Source: Phoronis australis
Lineage: Eukaryota; Animalia; Phoronida
DNA: 64,000 nucleotides
Reading direction: 5' to 3'
Assembly: GCA_002633005.1 (NCBI GenBank)
Contig: NMRA01000034.1
Span: 767,766 to 831,765, forward strand
Numbering within the stretch: position 1 is the stretch's first letter; each line of letters begins with the position of its first letter. The notes beneath the pieces are model-generated. The model searched no databases and was not told where the DNA came from. It worked only from the letters and a program-made list of their open reading frames with translations. A program made the translations under genes and the position numbers. Positions 51,101 to 63,350 of this stretch are shown piece by piece.

Positions 51101-52659
51101 TTTGGATGTTCCAATTGACATGTGGAGCCGAGGCTTAAATCATTTTTGGTATGCTGTAGTCAAGTTCTCCATGATACTCCAATGGTTTAGTACACAAGAC
51201 TTCATTTTAAGTGATTATCAATCTAAACTACATGGGGTGCAGTGTTCAGTTGTCCATCAACTGTCAGTGTTCACATGGATGTGTATGGCTGTCCACCCAG
51301 CTGTAAAATTGAGGACTAATCCTGGAAGTAGGCATCCACCCAGATGTTATATTAATGTCTTATACCAGAAGTAGGAATCCCATTTCCCCCTGATATAGCA
51401 TATTTAAGCATGTCTAGGATCAACGGGATACTGTTTCCGCAGCAGCCGCTATACAACGATGAGAGCATCTATTGTGATGATGAGCCTGCCGTGCCTTGCC
51501 TCGATTTCTGAGCAAGCTTTGCATGTTTTTGCACCTGTCGAACTTGACTCCTCTAAACACAGCACCCGTAGTGTGACTACCAGGGTAAATAAATTAATTT
51601 TAGCATACAGTTTGGCACACAAGTTCAATTTCATTTTGTCAAGTTTCTCAAAACTATTAACAAAATTGTACTTCCTTCTGTTCTCATGTCTGTGTGAACT
51701 GATATGCTGTCACCAAACTACAGTACATTAGGTAAATTTTGAACAGTTTCAGCTATGTTATGACATGTCAAAAAATGAAAAGTGTTAATTTTTGCAGTTG
51801 TATTTGATTAGTACTACTTTTTTGTTTCTGTCATAATTATTGATATTTTTTCTAAGAAATTCATTAGTGGGAGCTTGACTGCTGCTCAACAGCTGTTGGC
51901 ATGCCACTCGGTTAACCCCAGTTTTGTGGTGGACTCCTGGTTTTAATTAGCTCTTAAAATTCAATTAGGAATATCTACACAGATCAAGCTATGATCTTCT
52001 GTCTTGTGTCCTGGGTCACCGTGATCATATGGATTGATTCACTGTGCACAAAAGTGTGGCAAGACAATCATGGTGCTCTGTGTTACAGTACATCTCTGAT
52101 ACACGATGAAAGGTGCTCTACACATTTGTCAGTTTTTAGACCAGTACTGAAGGTAAATTAGTTCTAAACAGAATCAAGCTGTACTCTAGCTCTCTGTGAA
52201 ATCAGAGCTAATGGAGAATAGCACCTGTCTACTTTTGGTAATGTAAAGGTTTATCCAACATGTCAGATTTTTGGTGTCCACATGCCAAGCTCTTATCTTT
52301 GACACTGTCACCAGACCCGTAGTTAAAAATAGGACTTACTTTTTAATATGAATACAAAGGTACTTGTATTTTGTTAAGTTTTGTTGTGAAAATGATCAAG
52401 GCAAATTATCGGTTGGTTGGCACTGAAGTATGTGCTATGGTATCATGCTGGGGATCGGGAGATAAGTGTGCAGGTTAATGTTTTAGTTCGAAATGTTGGA
52501 AGGAGAGAAGTCCTTCAGATTCCACAGATTTCTTCAGGTATTTATGTTCAATTCAGGAATTAACGTAGGTATGAGTTTTGACTCTGCATATTGGTTAGCA
52601 TGTGATCATGCGCTAAAACAGCATCAACTGCAGTTTTAGTTTAAAAATCGGACAATCGC

Positions 52660-52724
52660 CGCACAAATAAAAAAGTTCCTGTTCAATTCAACGTTTCGTC
52701 TTTTAGACATCATCAGGATCATAT
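52660..52724 (-). ncRNA. Degenerate Penelope-type hammerhead; partial second copy of the same end near 55755-55800
   Basis: Minus strand CTGATGA-T-GTC-TAAAA-GAC-GAAA-CGTT; stem I weak; flank GCACAAA..AAAAAGTTC..TTCAAC.TTTCGTC recurs in intron 2. Confidence 0.55.
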
Positions 52725-54508
52725 TTACAACAATTTTGGACAACAAGTGCCAACATAGTTTGATATTCACATTTTAAAAGCAGGCCGATGCTACTTTAAA
52801 TCAGAATGCTTTGTACACGTAGAACCATGTCCATTATGAAGTACACCATCAAATTGATTGTCGGGGTGTGGTGTTCCATATCTGATGGTCCTCTTCAATT
52901 TAGCCAGCGGGAGCATTGCACCGCAATCATTTTGGATTTGATATCCATCACATCCCCCTGTCCATTATCCTGAAGGTCGTTGTCCCTGACATAGGCACCA
53001 AGCTAGCCTGCCTGCATCCTTTCAGATTAAAATGGGTGTTTTCCTTTGATTGCTGACTTGTTTGTGGAAGACCAGAGTTGATAAATTCGTGCTGAGAATA
53101 GATGGTTAGGCCTAGATAGGATCTTATTAACACTGTTGGATAGTTGGACTTGCTTCTGTTAAATGATAGGTCCATAAACCACATGACTTGGAACCTGAGG
53201 GTAAAAATGTACCCTGCCAGCACTGGCTTCTGTTGTGATCATAATTTGATTGAACATCTAAGCAGTAGCAGCTGTTTCAGATGGTTAAACTCTTAGGATC
53301 CATACTTCTGGTTATTGTGACACTATAGAATATTTTCTTGGCCTCAGTTTACATGTGATCACAAACATTTTCAGGTACTGTCCATCTTTTGGTATCCAAC
53401 AATTCTATTGTTTTGTCTGATATCAGCAGCTGAACAACTGCCTCATTGTTACACATACCATTCAGGCGTTGCATCAGCTGTCTGTAAAAAAATATAAAAT
53501 GCACATTTGAGCCTTCATCAGATTTTTTATCTCCCTTATTGTTTACTCCTCAAATGTGTCAGCTGTTCAGCCTTCACACTAGGAGTCCTTATTTTAGTCC
53601 TCTGTCCCCCTCGGCCATGATGACGGCACATTATTGATACCAATAGGAGCATTTTGTACACAATTTTTCTTTGATTGCGTTTTTTATGCGCCTTATCTGT
53701 CTTGTGATTAGAGGTTGGGCTGTATGCCTTCCTATTGAAATTGCACCTGCGAATGCTGCGGCATTAGTGTTCTAAAGGTGCCAACAGATAAATGTAAGGT
53801 GGGTCAAAATGAGCTGTTTTGAAGTGACAACCAATGTGGCTATTTTTGTTTCATCTTCTAGAATATGGATAGCCTTTCATTTGGTGGACACTTTCCTTTG
53901 ACCTTGACCGAGGGTATATTTCGGTACGGTACCAATCTCTCTAGCTATAGACTATTCTCCAAAAATGAGTTTCAGTTTTGATAACGGAAAATGTCTCGTA
54001 CTATACAGTAAAGGGTCATCGACTGGTACTGTTTATAGTAATCTTGCATCAGGTATATCAAACAATCGGGCTATGTCTAGCTGCTCACCAGCTCGCCATT
54101 GGCCAATTCTGGCGTTGGTAGAGCTAAGTCCACTCGCCAACTTGGCGAATGCTTTTGTATCTTAACTATAAAAATCAATTTCGGGGGAAACCTACTCGCA
54201 TATTGACTCTCAGTCAGCTCGAATCAAGTGGCACTGCAAAAGACATTCTTACTTTGAATCAGTTGTGAGTCCTAAAATAGCAAGCAAATGTTCTACTTCA
54301 TGTCCGTCACTCCGCCTGAAACCATTCTTTTACCTCATCGAAATGTTCAACTGTGTAGGGGGTAGGAGATCTCACATTGGTCAGGACTATTTCGGCCATG
54401 GCCGAAAGAAAGCAAGGTGAAGCAGATGTCACGATTCAGCTTTATGATGCAAGCCACAAGTTACGTTAACGTTTTTGGACCTAAATATGTTGCCCATCAA
54501 AATGTCCG

Positions 54509-54715
54509 TATCCCTGCCGTAACCCAGGGATACGGAGGATTCCTTACCCAATTTTTAGGTCAAAATCACTGAAATGTGTAACACCAATGAAATGCTGTGT
54601 AGCCTGCGTACCCCTGCCATAACCCAGGGATAGTGGAACCCCCGACCCATTTTTAGGTCAATATCATGCCCATACTGGCCGGCATACCCCCGCCATAACG
54701 AAGGGATAGGGAGAA
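54509..54715. repeat. Three diverged repeats of TACCCCTGCCRTAACCCAGGGATA...TTTTTAGGTCAA (probably TE-internal)
   Basis: Units near 54509, 54608 and 54685. Confidence 0.6.
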
Positions 54716-55334
54716 AGTGTTTAATAATTTTTGAAAATGGCTAAAAGTGTTCAGTTGCTTTAGCCATTTTGGCTAATACCTTTAAAAGTCTAGCACAAGC
54801 GTAGTATGTCAGCCAGTAAAAGTATATATTTTCTGAAAGAAAAAAATCCGAGATAATAATTTTCGTTTTTATTTATATGCTATTATTATTGTTAGGTTTC
54901 CAACTTTTTAAAGTAAAAATTACATTTTTAAGAAAGGTACATTCATAGCAAAATATCCCCTTGGTCGATTTTAATGATGGAAACTTCACAATTTACCTCA
55001 AAAACGGTGTTGGAAATTTTCAATTACTCATTTGGTTTAGTTTCTGTGCCAAATTAACTCACAAAATGTAAAGTATTATTAGAATAAATAGCAGTCCTAT
55101 TCGTTGACCTTGTATGCTAAAACTAAGCATCTAAAAGGAAAATCCTGAGGCCATTTTGAGACTAGTAAATATATGTTAAAATTGGAAAAATTCAGTGAAA
55201 TTCACTGAACCATTTTCGAGAACTCGTATTCCTTCGTTCAAATCAAGTCCATTTGAAGAATTGTGGGAAGTGTACAAACCATGTGGGAGATTCGATTTGA
55301 TTGACAGCTCTGTAGCATTTGGCCTTGCATTTAT

Positions 55335-55430
55335 AGTAAGCAAATTTCCACGTGCTTGAGGGCCAGAGAACTGGTTCTTCTTAATCAGTAAGCAAATTTC
55401 AACATCGTTGAGGGCTAGAGAACTGGTTCT
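55335..55430. repeat. 52-bp-period tandem duplication
   Basis: AGTAAGCAAATTTC...TTGAGGGC.AGAGAACTGGTTCT twice. Confidence 0.75.
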
Positions 55431-55551
55431 GCTATATCACTTTTTCTCGTTGCACAGTATTTATTTCGTATTTGAAGTTCCCTGAGATTGAACATAGGGT
55501 TTGAGATATCCTTAAGCCATAGTTCTAACTCCATTCTATTTCTTGTTGCAG

Positions 55552-55688
55552 CCTATTGGTCGGTGCCCCCAGGGCAAACGCAACAGGATACAGTTATGTC
55601 AGTCCTGGCGTAGTGTATAAGTGTTCTGTTTCATCATCTGAGTCATCCAACTGCGACTATGTTGCCCTATCCCGGTTGTATGGACGGC
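55552..55688 (+). CDS. Integrin alpha exon 2 (LLVGAPRANATGYSYVSPGVVYKC...)
   Basis: TTGCAG acceptor in phase 2, C|GTGAGT donor; LLVGAP and GxVYKC motifs. Confidence 0.93.
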
Positions 55689-56075
55689 GTGAGTATCCAG
55701 GCCATGTATGGTAAAAATTCTCTACTTTGGAACACTGAGTATGTCAGTATCACAGTCGCTGCACAAACGAAAAAGTTCATGTTGATTCAACATTTCGTCT
55801 ATTCATTACACTTAAAAATCCTATAAAATTATGTATTAAAATGTGTCTTTAACCGTTTCTACATTTGTCTTATGTTACGCAGTCTCGACATATGTCGTTT
55901 TTTACTTAAAAGAGGCCGATATTCAAAATCTCAATGTGATGGATTAATTTTTGTTTTCTTACACCTATGTCTGAGCTTGCTTCATGTATCAACGGTGTGT
56001 GTTTATGTGCGACGAAAAGGTTCTTGTGTTATTGTGGTAACAGGGAAATGAGCAACTTCCTTCTTGTTTCACCAG

Positions 56076-56146
56076 TGAAAACTAATGAAGAGGTGGATAA
56101 CCAGTGGCTTGGCGTGACGGTACACAGCAACACAGAGAATGTGGTG
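56076..56146 (+). CDS. Integrin alpha exon 3 (LKTNEEVDNQWLGVTVHSNTENVV)
   Basis: TCACCAG acceptor, GTACGT donor; QWLGVTV motif. Confidence 0.92.
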
Positions 56147-56356
56147 GTACGTACTATGAGTTGCTTGGTTAAAATATCGCCAGTTTTGGACAAAAATAAT
56201 TGTCTGAAATTGCACTTCTTCACGATTTCAAGGGCTTCTGACATTGTGAGTGCCCACAATTTCTCTTCACATTGTCAGCTGGGGTACAAATTTTGAACAT
56301 GGACACCCATTAGTTTCATGCTTCGTGTCTTCCTTGGAAAAATGAGAAAACACTAA

Positions 56357-56685
56357 AAGGCCTTTCCCACTCAGAACACTTAACTTCAGTCTTGAATCGA
56401 TGTTAACACCCCGAATAACTCCAAAGTAAAGAGGTAGATTTTACAGTGAAGTGTCGATGCTTCGCTATACTGGGAATACTGAACTTCGATGCCATCGGAG
56501 TTATGGGCAGGGGTCACTGGTTACTATGTGATAATATTTTGTTTTGATAATTTGCAGTATAATCATTCTATTTCAATTTATCCATGTATTTTCTGGATTC
56601 TTTACATTAAATAATCACTGAGTGTAGAGGGGACGCAAAACGAGGTCCCACCTTGCCATACCGCCTTTGTTTGGATCAGCTGTCA
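56357..56685 (+). mobile_element. Harbinger-like MITE fragment (reverse complement of about 46860-47268)
   Basis: Begins AAGGCCTTTCCCA; CTTCGATGCCATCGGAGTTAT and GCAAAA.GAG.TCCCACC match the 46586 copy in reverse. Confidence 0.7.
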
Positions 56686-56704
56686 GCCTGCTCAATAGTC
56701 AATC

Positions 56705-57994
56705 TTTATGCACCCACATATTTGTATGTGGACGCATTATGCTGTCATCCACATCCGTCTGTCTGGCGTCTGTTCATCGTCCATCCGGCGTCTGTTTGTC
56801 GTCCATCCGACGTCCGTCTGACATTCATTCCACGTCCAATGTCTGCTGCTCTATGTCCAAAGCCCTGTGATGTTATGTTCATAAAAGTTTGCTCATGTTC
56901 CTTTCATAAGTGGGACAGCATGAGCAAACTTTCGGACGGACTCAACAACTGGTGTGCCCCCTAGTGGCAATTTTAGTTTTCCACGCTTATCTCTATATCT
57001 TCAAAGGTCCGCAATGTATTTTCATCAAATTTGGTATAGTGAGATGATGCTATCCTCCCATTTTCAGATGGATTCTACATAATTTTCGCCACCTAGTGGC
57101 CATTTTTGCTGTTTTCGAGTCGGTTTTTTGGCGTCCACCCCTCTATCAACCAAGCCGCTCTAAGGATGATTGTGAAAATTGGCATGTATGTTCTTACTAT
57201 GAAGAGGACAGCTGACGGTGATTTTCTGGGATTTCGACTATTGTGGCACCTCCTGGTGTCATTTTTTTGTGCCCATGACTATCTCCTAAACCATTGGCAG
57301 GATCTTTACTAAATTTAGCAAGTGTATTTATATGATGTTCACAATAGATGGTGACGATTTTCGGTGTATACATTCTCAGTGTGAAGGGGACAGTTGATGA
57401 TAATAAATTCGACTTCTGTGGTGCCATGTTGTGGTAGTTTTGTTTTTTTGCGCCCATGGCTGTATTTCCTAAACCGTTTACAGGATCTTTGCTAAATTTA
57501 GCAAGTGTATTTATAAGATGTTGACAACAGATGACAGCAACTTTCGCATGGATCTGACTAACAGTGTGCCCCCTGTTAGTGTGAAGAGGACGGTTGGCGA
57601 TAACGAATTCGACTGCTGTACACCTCGTGGTAGTTTTGTTTTATTTTGCGCCCATAGCTGCATCTTCTAAACACACTGCAGGATCTTTATTGAATTTAGT
57701 AATCATATTTATATGAAGCTAACAACAGATGACAACGTCTTTCAGGCGGATCCCATGAACGCTGTGCCCCATAGTGGCAATTTCACTTCTTCTGTTTTCA
57801 TTTGTTTCTCTGAAGTTCATTGAGAGATTTTTATGAAATGTGGTAAATAGCTGTCTATTAAAGAAGTGATGGTATGTTCCCGTTGTCAGATGGATTGGAC
57901 ATTTTTGTGCCATCTAGTGGCTTAAACAGCCCTAGGAGAACACCATTTGTCGTGCATTTGTGGGCGCATTTCAATGCTCTGCGTTGCTCTTGTT
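56705..57994 (+). mobile_element. Helentron-associated non-autonomous element (HINE/DINE-1-like), copy A
   Basis: T-rich start, subterminal IR ATGCACCCACA / TGTGGGCGCAT, 5' palindrome, GTCC-type microsatellite, internal tandem units, 3' hairpin CAATGC-TCT-GCGTTG then CTCTTGTT. Confidence 0.8.
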
Positions 57995-58086
57995 ATGAAG
58001 TTTGTTAAATAGCTCTCTATTAAAGAAACAATGGCATGTGCCCGATTTCGGATGGATTCAATGTAATTTGCGCTGTCTAATGGCAA

Positions 58087-59337
58087 TTTTTATACGCCCA
58101 CATATTTACATGTGGACGCATTATGCCGTCATCTCCGTCCGTCCGGCGTCTGCTGCTCTATCTCCAAAACGCCTTGACGTATGGTCATGAAATTTTGCAC
58201 AAGTGTTCCTTCTGTGGATGGGACGGCATGAGCGAACTTTCGGACGGATCTGACTACCGGTGTGCCCCCTAGTGGCAATTTTAGTTTTTTACGTTTAGCT
58301 CTGATATTCAAAGGTCCTCAACGTATTTTCATAAAATTTGGCATACAGGCATCTGTTAATGAGATAACGCTATCTTTTCGTTTTCAGATGGATTCGACCT
58401 AGTTTGCACCACCTAATGGCCATTTTTACTGTTTTTGAATCTGTTTTTGGCATCCACTCGTCTATCGACCAAACCGCTTTCAGGATAATTACATTTATAT
58501 TAAGTTGACAACAGACAACGATGACTTTTGGACGGATCTGCCTACCGGTGTGTCCCCAAGCGGCAATTCTAGTTTTTTAAGTTTACCTCAGTCTGTATCT
58601 TTCAGTGGTTTTCAACGGATTTTCATAAAATTTGGCGTATAGGCATCTAATAGTAAGATGACGCTATCCTCTCATTTTCGAATGATTTGAGGTAGTTTGC
58701 ATCACCTTGTAACCATTTTTACTGGTTTCAAGTCTCTTTTTTGGCGTTGGCCCCTCAATTAAGCAAAACACTCTAAGAATAATTGTGAAAACTAGCATTG
58801 ACAATCTTACTACAAAGAGGATGGTTGACGATGATTTTCCGACAATTTCTACTACTGTGGTGCCTCCTAGTGGCAGTTTTGTTGTGCCTCCTAGTGGCAG
58901 TTTTGTTTTACGTTATACTCTGCGTTTTTGATGGATTTTGATGAAACTTGGCAAAAACAATTCTATTAATGAGGCGATGATAGCTTTTTGTTTTCAGATG
59001 GATTTGATGCAGTGTAGGTCTCCTAGTAGCCAGTTCCATAAAATCATGTAACTTATTTATTTCAGGTCATAGAATGCATTTTTATTTCAGGTTTTGGAAG
59101 GGGTGACAGCACTTTTGAACTTCACTAAATTACGATGTGCTTGTATTATGAAGATCACTCGCATTTTGCCCCCAGTCTATTGAGGAGACAATGACCATGC
59201 CTTTCCATTTTGCAAAGTACAACATATTACATGTATGCCCTCTACTGGCTACTTTATGGTACCAATGAACAACCCTAGAAGGATACCGTATATGGTGCAA
59301 TTGTGGGTGCATTTCAACGCTCTGCGTTGCTCTTGTT
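58087..59337 (+). mobile_element. HINE copy B
   Basis: TTTTTATACGCCCACA start, CCGTCCGTCC, TGTGGGTGCAT at 59302-59312, hairpin CAACGC-TCT-GCGTTG at 59315-59329. Confidence 0.8.
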
Positions 59338-59520
59338 ATAATACAAATAAACAACCCTAGAAGCACACGGTTTGTCGTTCATTTTGTGTCTCTTTCTAAT
59401 TTTAGGTTGATTCCCATGTCCTGTTTCTCTATCTTACAATGTCAAGCTAATTTCCATGTTTCTTTGTTGTCAATCACTGGAAGGAGCTATAGTAATTGTG
59501 TATTTTTTGACCTACTTCAG

Positions 59521-59700
59521 ATGTGTGCTCACCGCAACAAGATCAGCGCTTCGTCCTACAGGTGGGGTGGTGGTATGTGCACCATCCTGAACAATGCCCT
59601 TGACTATAAAAAGCGACTAGATTACTGCAAGAACTTCGTAAGTGATGGGCACGTGGGTCTGGCCCATTGTCAGATGGGCGCCAGCGCTGCCCTAGACGAG
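59521..59700 (+). CDS. Integrin alpha exon 4 (MCAHR...GMC...CQMGASAALDE)
   Basis: CTTCAG acceptor, GTAAGT donor, 180 nt; CAHR and CQxG motifs. Confidence 0.93.
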
Positions 59701-60459
59701 GTAAGTTGACCGCTGCTGGGGCTATTACAAACCATCTGGTCCCTGAGTTGAGTAAAATGAGCCATAATGAAGCTAATGTTAAAACAGGACCAATCTGTTC
59801 ACAGCCAGTCTTGGTAGAGCCACCACGGAGGGAGAGCTACGAGCTCTGTTTGACTCCAGCAAAATTCACCTCAAGTTAACTGTTACCCGCTGGCTGTGAA
59901 ACAACACGCTCACTGACCTATAAGCAAACAGCATAAATATAGTACCTACCATTACATTCAGGGAATGGGAGAGATTTGTTGTGTTGAGGTCAGTAATTAA
60001 ATTTTATTGCTTGCGGAAAATAATCATAAGCACTTAACTCAGTTTGCCTACCTAGGATTTACCCTTGTCACTCAAGTAAAAGAAATCCAACAAGGGAGAC
60101 ATTCACCGCATTGCGTTACGAGGAAAAATCCTCATTTTACCACACACACGAGCTATTAGCTGAGCTCATTTGCATTTGAGGCGCATAGTTGGCCATCTTC
60201 AGGGACTCTAAGAGTTGGTTGTGTCGACTGAGTTATTTAATCTCGGACAACTAGACCAGATATACCTCTACAAAACATAAGAATGGATTTTGTATTGGAG
60301 TATAGAATGCTACTCTAAATCTCGTAGCCTGCTGCTCATTGTTAAGTTCTTTGTCATATTAAAGATGAGTGGATTTGTTGAGCTTTGACTAACCTCTTTC
60401 ATTATTAGACATGTACTTATGAGATATTCTGTTTTTATTGATTAGACTGTACTTTTTAG

Positions 60460-60610
60460 GACATGAATATTGCCATGGGAGCCCCAGGCTCTTATAACTG
60501 GATGGGTGTCTTGTTCAAGACAACGACATCATCCCGTCCAGGAATAGACAGTACATGGTACAAGACGTCGGACAGCACTAATCGAGTCGTTGACGATTAC
60601 TCGTTATTAG
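60460..60610 (+). CDS. Integrin alpha exon 5 (DMNIAMGAPGSYNWMG...DDYSLLG)
   Basis: TTTTTAG acceptor, G|GTCAGT donor; GAPGSYNWxG motif. Confidence 0.93.
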
Positions 60611-60954
60611 GTCAGTGTATTATTGGTGGAAGGCTGCCCATATGAATGTTTACTTTTTCGTACAGAAACAGATTTTACCTTTTTTAAGAAAGTTCATATA
60701 TCTAACCAATATCCAGGTGGCTATTGTTTAACCTAGAGTGAGTCTACCCACAGGTGTCTCCTTTGTTGCCACACTTGGCAGTTCCATCTAAATTGTGTTG
60801 GCTTTCTGCTATTGTGTACTATTAGATTTTCACTGAAACCGTTCAATCTGTCGAGAGTAACTGGCAAAAGTTGGTCACACTTACGAATTGGCTCAGCTCT
60901 GTGGTAGAGGGTATGCACGGCATGCGTCTTTATTATCATGCACTGTGTTTGTAG

Positions 60955-61055
60955 GAATGTCCGCGGGGATTGGGAACATTATTAATGGGCAGAAAACCTT
61001 CGTAGCTGGAGCTCCCCGTGCCGCCAACTCTGGGAGGGTACTCATGTTTTTACAG
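60955..61055 (+). CDS. Integrin alpha exon 6 (MSAGIGNIINGQKTFVAGAPRAANSGRVLMFLQ)
   Basis: TTGTAG acceptor, GTAAGA donor; VAGAPRA motif. Confidence 0.93.
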
Positions 61056-61282
61056 GTAAGAGTCATTTTATGGTCATCATCTTTATTCGGGGTTAATGTA
61101 AGACGCTCTTGCCCAGTATTTCTGTGGTTTAGGCTCTGTTTTTCTAAACCTTCTTCCAAATGTTTGATGTTGAAAAGCCTGCTGCACACTGCATGGCATT
61201 GCTTATCTTAACTGGTCTTGATAGTCGCCGACTCCGTCCCTATCGTTGAAAACCTGGGCACTGAAAATTCAACTTAAATTTG

Positions 61283-61820
61283 ATGTGCACGCATGTTTAC
61301 ATGTGGGTACATGATGCTGTGATCTCTGACTGGGCATCCAATGTCTGCTGCTGTATCTTTAAACCACTTGCAAGATTCTTATGAGATTTGGCAAATGTGT
61401 TCAGACAACTTTGATGAATTCTGCGTCACCTTGTGGGCATTTTTTGTCGTCATTTTGTCTGGGTGTAAGCTTGATATCTCAAAAACCGTTGGTCGGATTT
61501 TATGAAATTTGGCACAAGCTTGTAGATGTTTCATTCCACATTTCAGTTTCCCCCACCCCCTGGGATCAGGGCTGTTTGGGTGATTTGTATTTTTGAGGGA
61601 AGAGCATTTCTGGATGATATCTAGACAGTTGCTGTGCCCTCTACTTACAAGTTTGGTTTTTCATGTTTGCCTCTGTATCCTTGGAAGTTCATGGTTGTTT
61701 TTTGTGAAATTTGGCAGTTAAGTTTCTACTGATGAGACGACCATGGTGTTTTCAGATGGATTCTATGTTTTTTGTGGCCTTAGTTTGCTTTTTGAAGGCC
61801 GCTTTTTTGGCGTTAGAGTG
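61283..61820 (+). mobile_element. Older degenerate HINE copy in integrin intron 6
   Basis: ATGTGCACGCATGTTTACATGTGGG..TGTCTGCTGCT start; GAAATTTGGCA and TTTCAGATGGATT motifs shared with copies A and B. Confidence 0.55.
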
Positions 61821-61880
61821 CTGAATCTAATATAAAGAGCATTTCTTAAGACGGAATGAACAGATGTTGAATAACTGCAG

Positions 61881-62005
61881 GTTCCGAATGCTGACCAAAG
61901 GCTGACCTTTGACCCGAAGAATGAAGTTGGCATACCCTCCGATATCGAGACCTATGGGGCTGCCTTTGGACATGACTTGGTCGTCATGGATCTGAATAGT
62001 GATGG
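61881..62005 (+). CDS. Integrin alpha exon 7 (VPNADQRL...YGAAFGHDLVVMDLNSDG)
   Basis: CTGCAG acceptor, GG|GTAAGT donor; FG motif and DLNxDG loop. Confidence 0.9.
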
Positions 62006-63207
62006 GTAAGTTCAATATGTTTAGCTTTACAACTGATCCTAGGACATTTTTAATTAGTCTCATGTCTTTGAGTTGATCAAGGTCCCGCAAAATCCGTTTG
62101 TTACATAGTACTCTTGGTACTGAAGTTCTTTAAGTCACCATTTACCTTGTTTTGACTACACAGTGGGACGACACAGTGGGCATCATCAAAACTACATTAA
62201 TAGCACTGCATGTCATAAAAACGAGAAAATTTAAGATGATTGACTTGTGAAAGTTTCTTAGCTCCAAGGACACGAGTGTGATGTTGACATAACCGGTGTC
62301 ACTGGCCACTAGGTCATGTCTACAAACACGCAAGTTTCTTGTACAATCTTGTGCCATATCCGTGCTTCTCTGATGTCCCACAGGAAAGTGAAAAGAGCGA
62401 TAGGGTGCTCAAATACTGAGTTGTCACAAACACAGCAAACACAAGGGCTCACAATTCTTTGTTACACCATAAACCACAGGAAAACGCGCTGCAATATTCG
62501 ATGACTTATCACACAAAACACCATCATGGAGGATGACTAGTGATGTGATTGGTTGTCCCAATTCTACGTAGTTTGTATTGGTTAATGAATGCTTGTAACT
62601 CGGGATCAGATAATTAACACATTGTCGCATAGTGTTTGTGGATGCTCTAATTTGACAGCTGATTGACTGGTGGGGTTGTTTTTTTTTTTGGTGTTTTGGT
62701 ATAAAATTGGTGATTTTAAGCACTTGAGATTTTAAGCAAAATTGTGTTAAGACTATTAGGGAAGGTTTTATGCATTTCAGCAAGTATGCTTTTTATAAAT
62801 TTTAAATTCTTAATATTTAACGCCATGCACTTAATTTTCTATCATTTCATGTGTTATAGATCATTTCAATTCATATCAGTTTTATTCTCCATGAAATTTC
62901 AAGACAAATCAGTGTGGTCAAAAGAAATTCCGAAAGGGTGCTCTTTTTGAACATGACATTAAGTTCTACATAAATGGAACTGATATAGTAAAATATAGTT
63001 TTGAATATCTTGTAGTTAACTACTGTTGAAAAACAGTCAACCTTGCATTTTTCAAACTTGAAAGGAATTGATAGTGACAATGCAAATACGGTATACAAAG
63101 CATTAATTTATTTTTAGTGGTGTATTTTGATTGTTTAGTGTTTTGACAAAGGAAAAAGTATTATTCTTTAACTTTAGATAATTCTCTGCCGCTCCAATTT
63201 CTTACAG

Positions 63208-63292
63208 TAAAGATGACTTGGTCGTTGGTGCTCCGTTTTTCTATGAGAAGAATGTTGGTGGCGCTATCTTTATTTTCATCAATGGGCCAGAT
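63208..63292 (+). CDS. Integrin alpha exon 8 (KDDLVVGAPFFYEKNVGGAIFIFINGPD)
   Basis: TTACAG acceptor in phase 2, GTAAGT donor; DLVVGAP and GGA motifs. Confidence 0.93.
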
Positions 63293-63350
63293 GTAAGTTC
63301 AGTGTTTTTTTACTGCCCGTGGGGAATAATAGAATGTACTGAATCAAGAA

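Noticed and set aside
52948-53223. GIY-YIG endonuclease in ORF AGYIF...SYLGLT
   Set aside because: Motif spacing is far longer than typical and other conserved residues are not evident.
53592-54410. A further HINE defined by TTTTAGTCCT and the 54390 palindrome
   Set aside because: Only a 7-bp inverted match and no microsatellite or tandem core; not distinguishable from chance.
60460-60954. X1/X2 alternative exons as in vertebrate ITGA6/ITGA7
   Set aside because: The region after GAPGSYNWMG is continuous in one exon and no second candidate exon is visible in intron 5.
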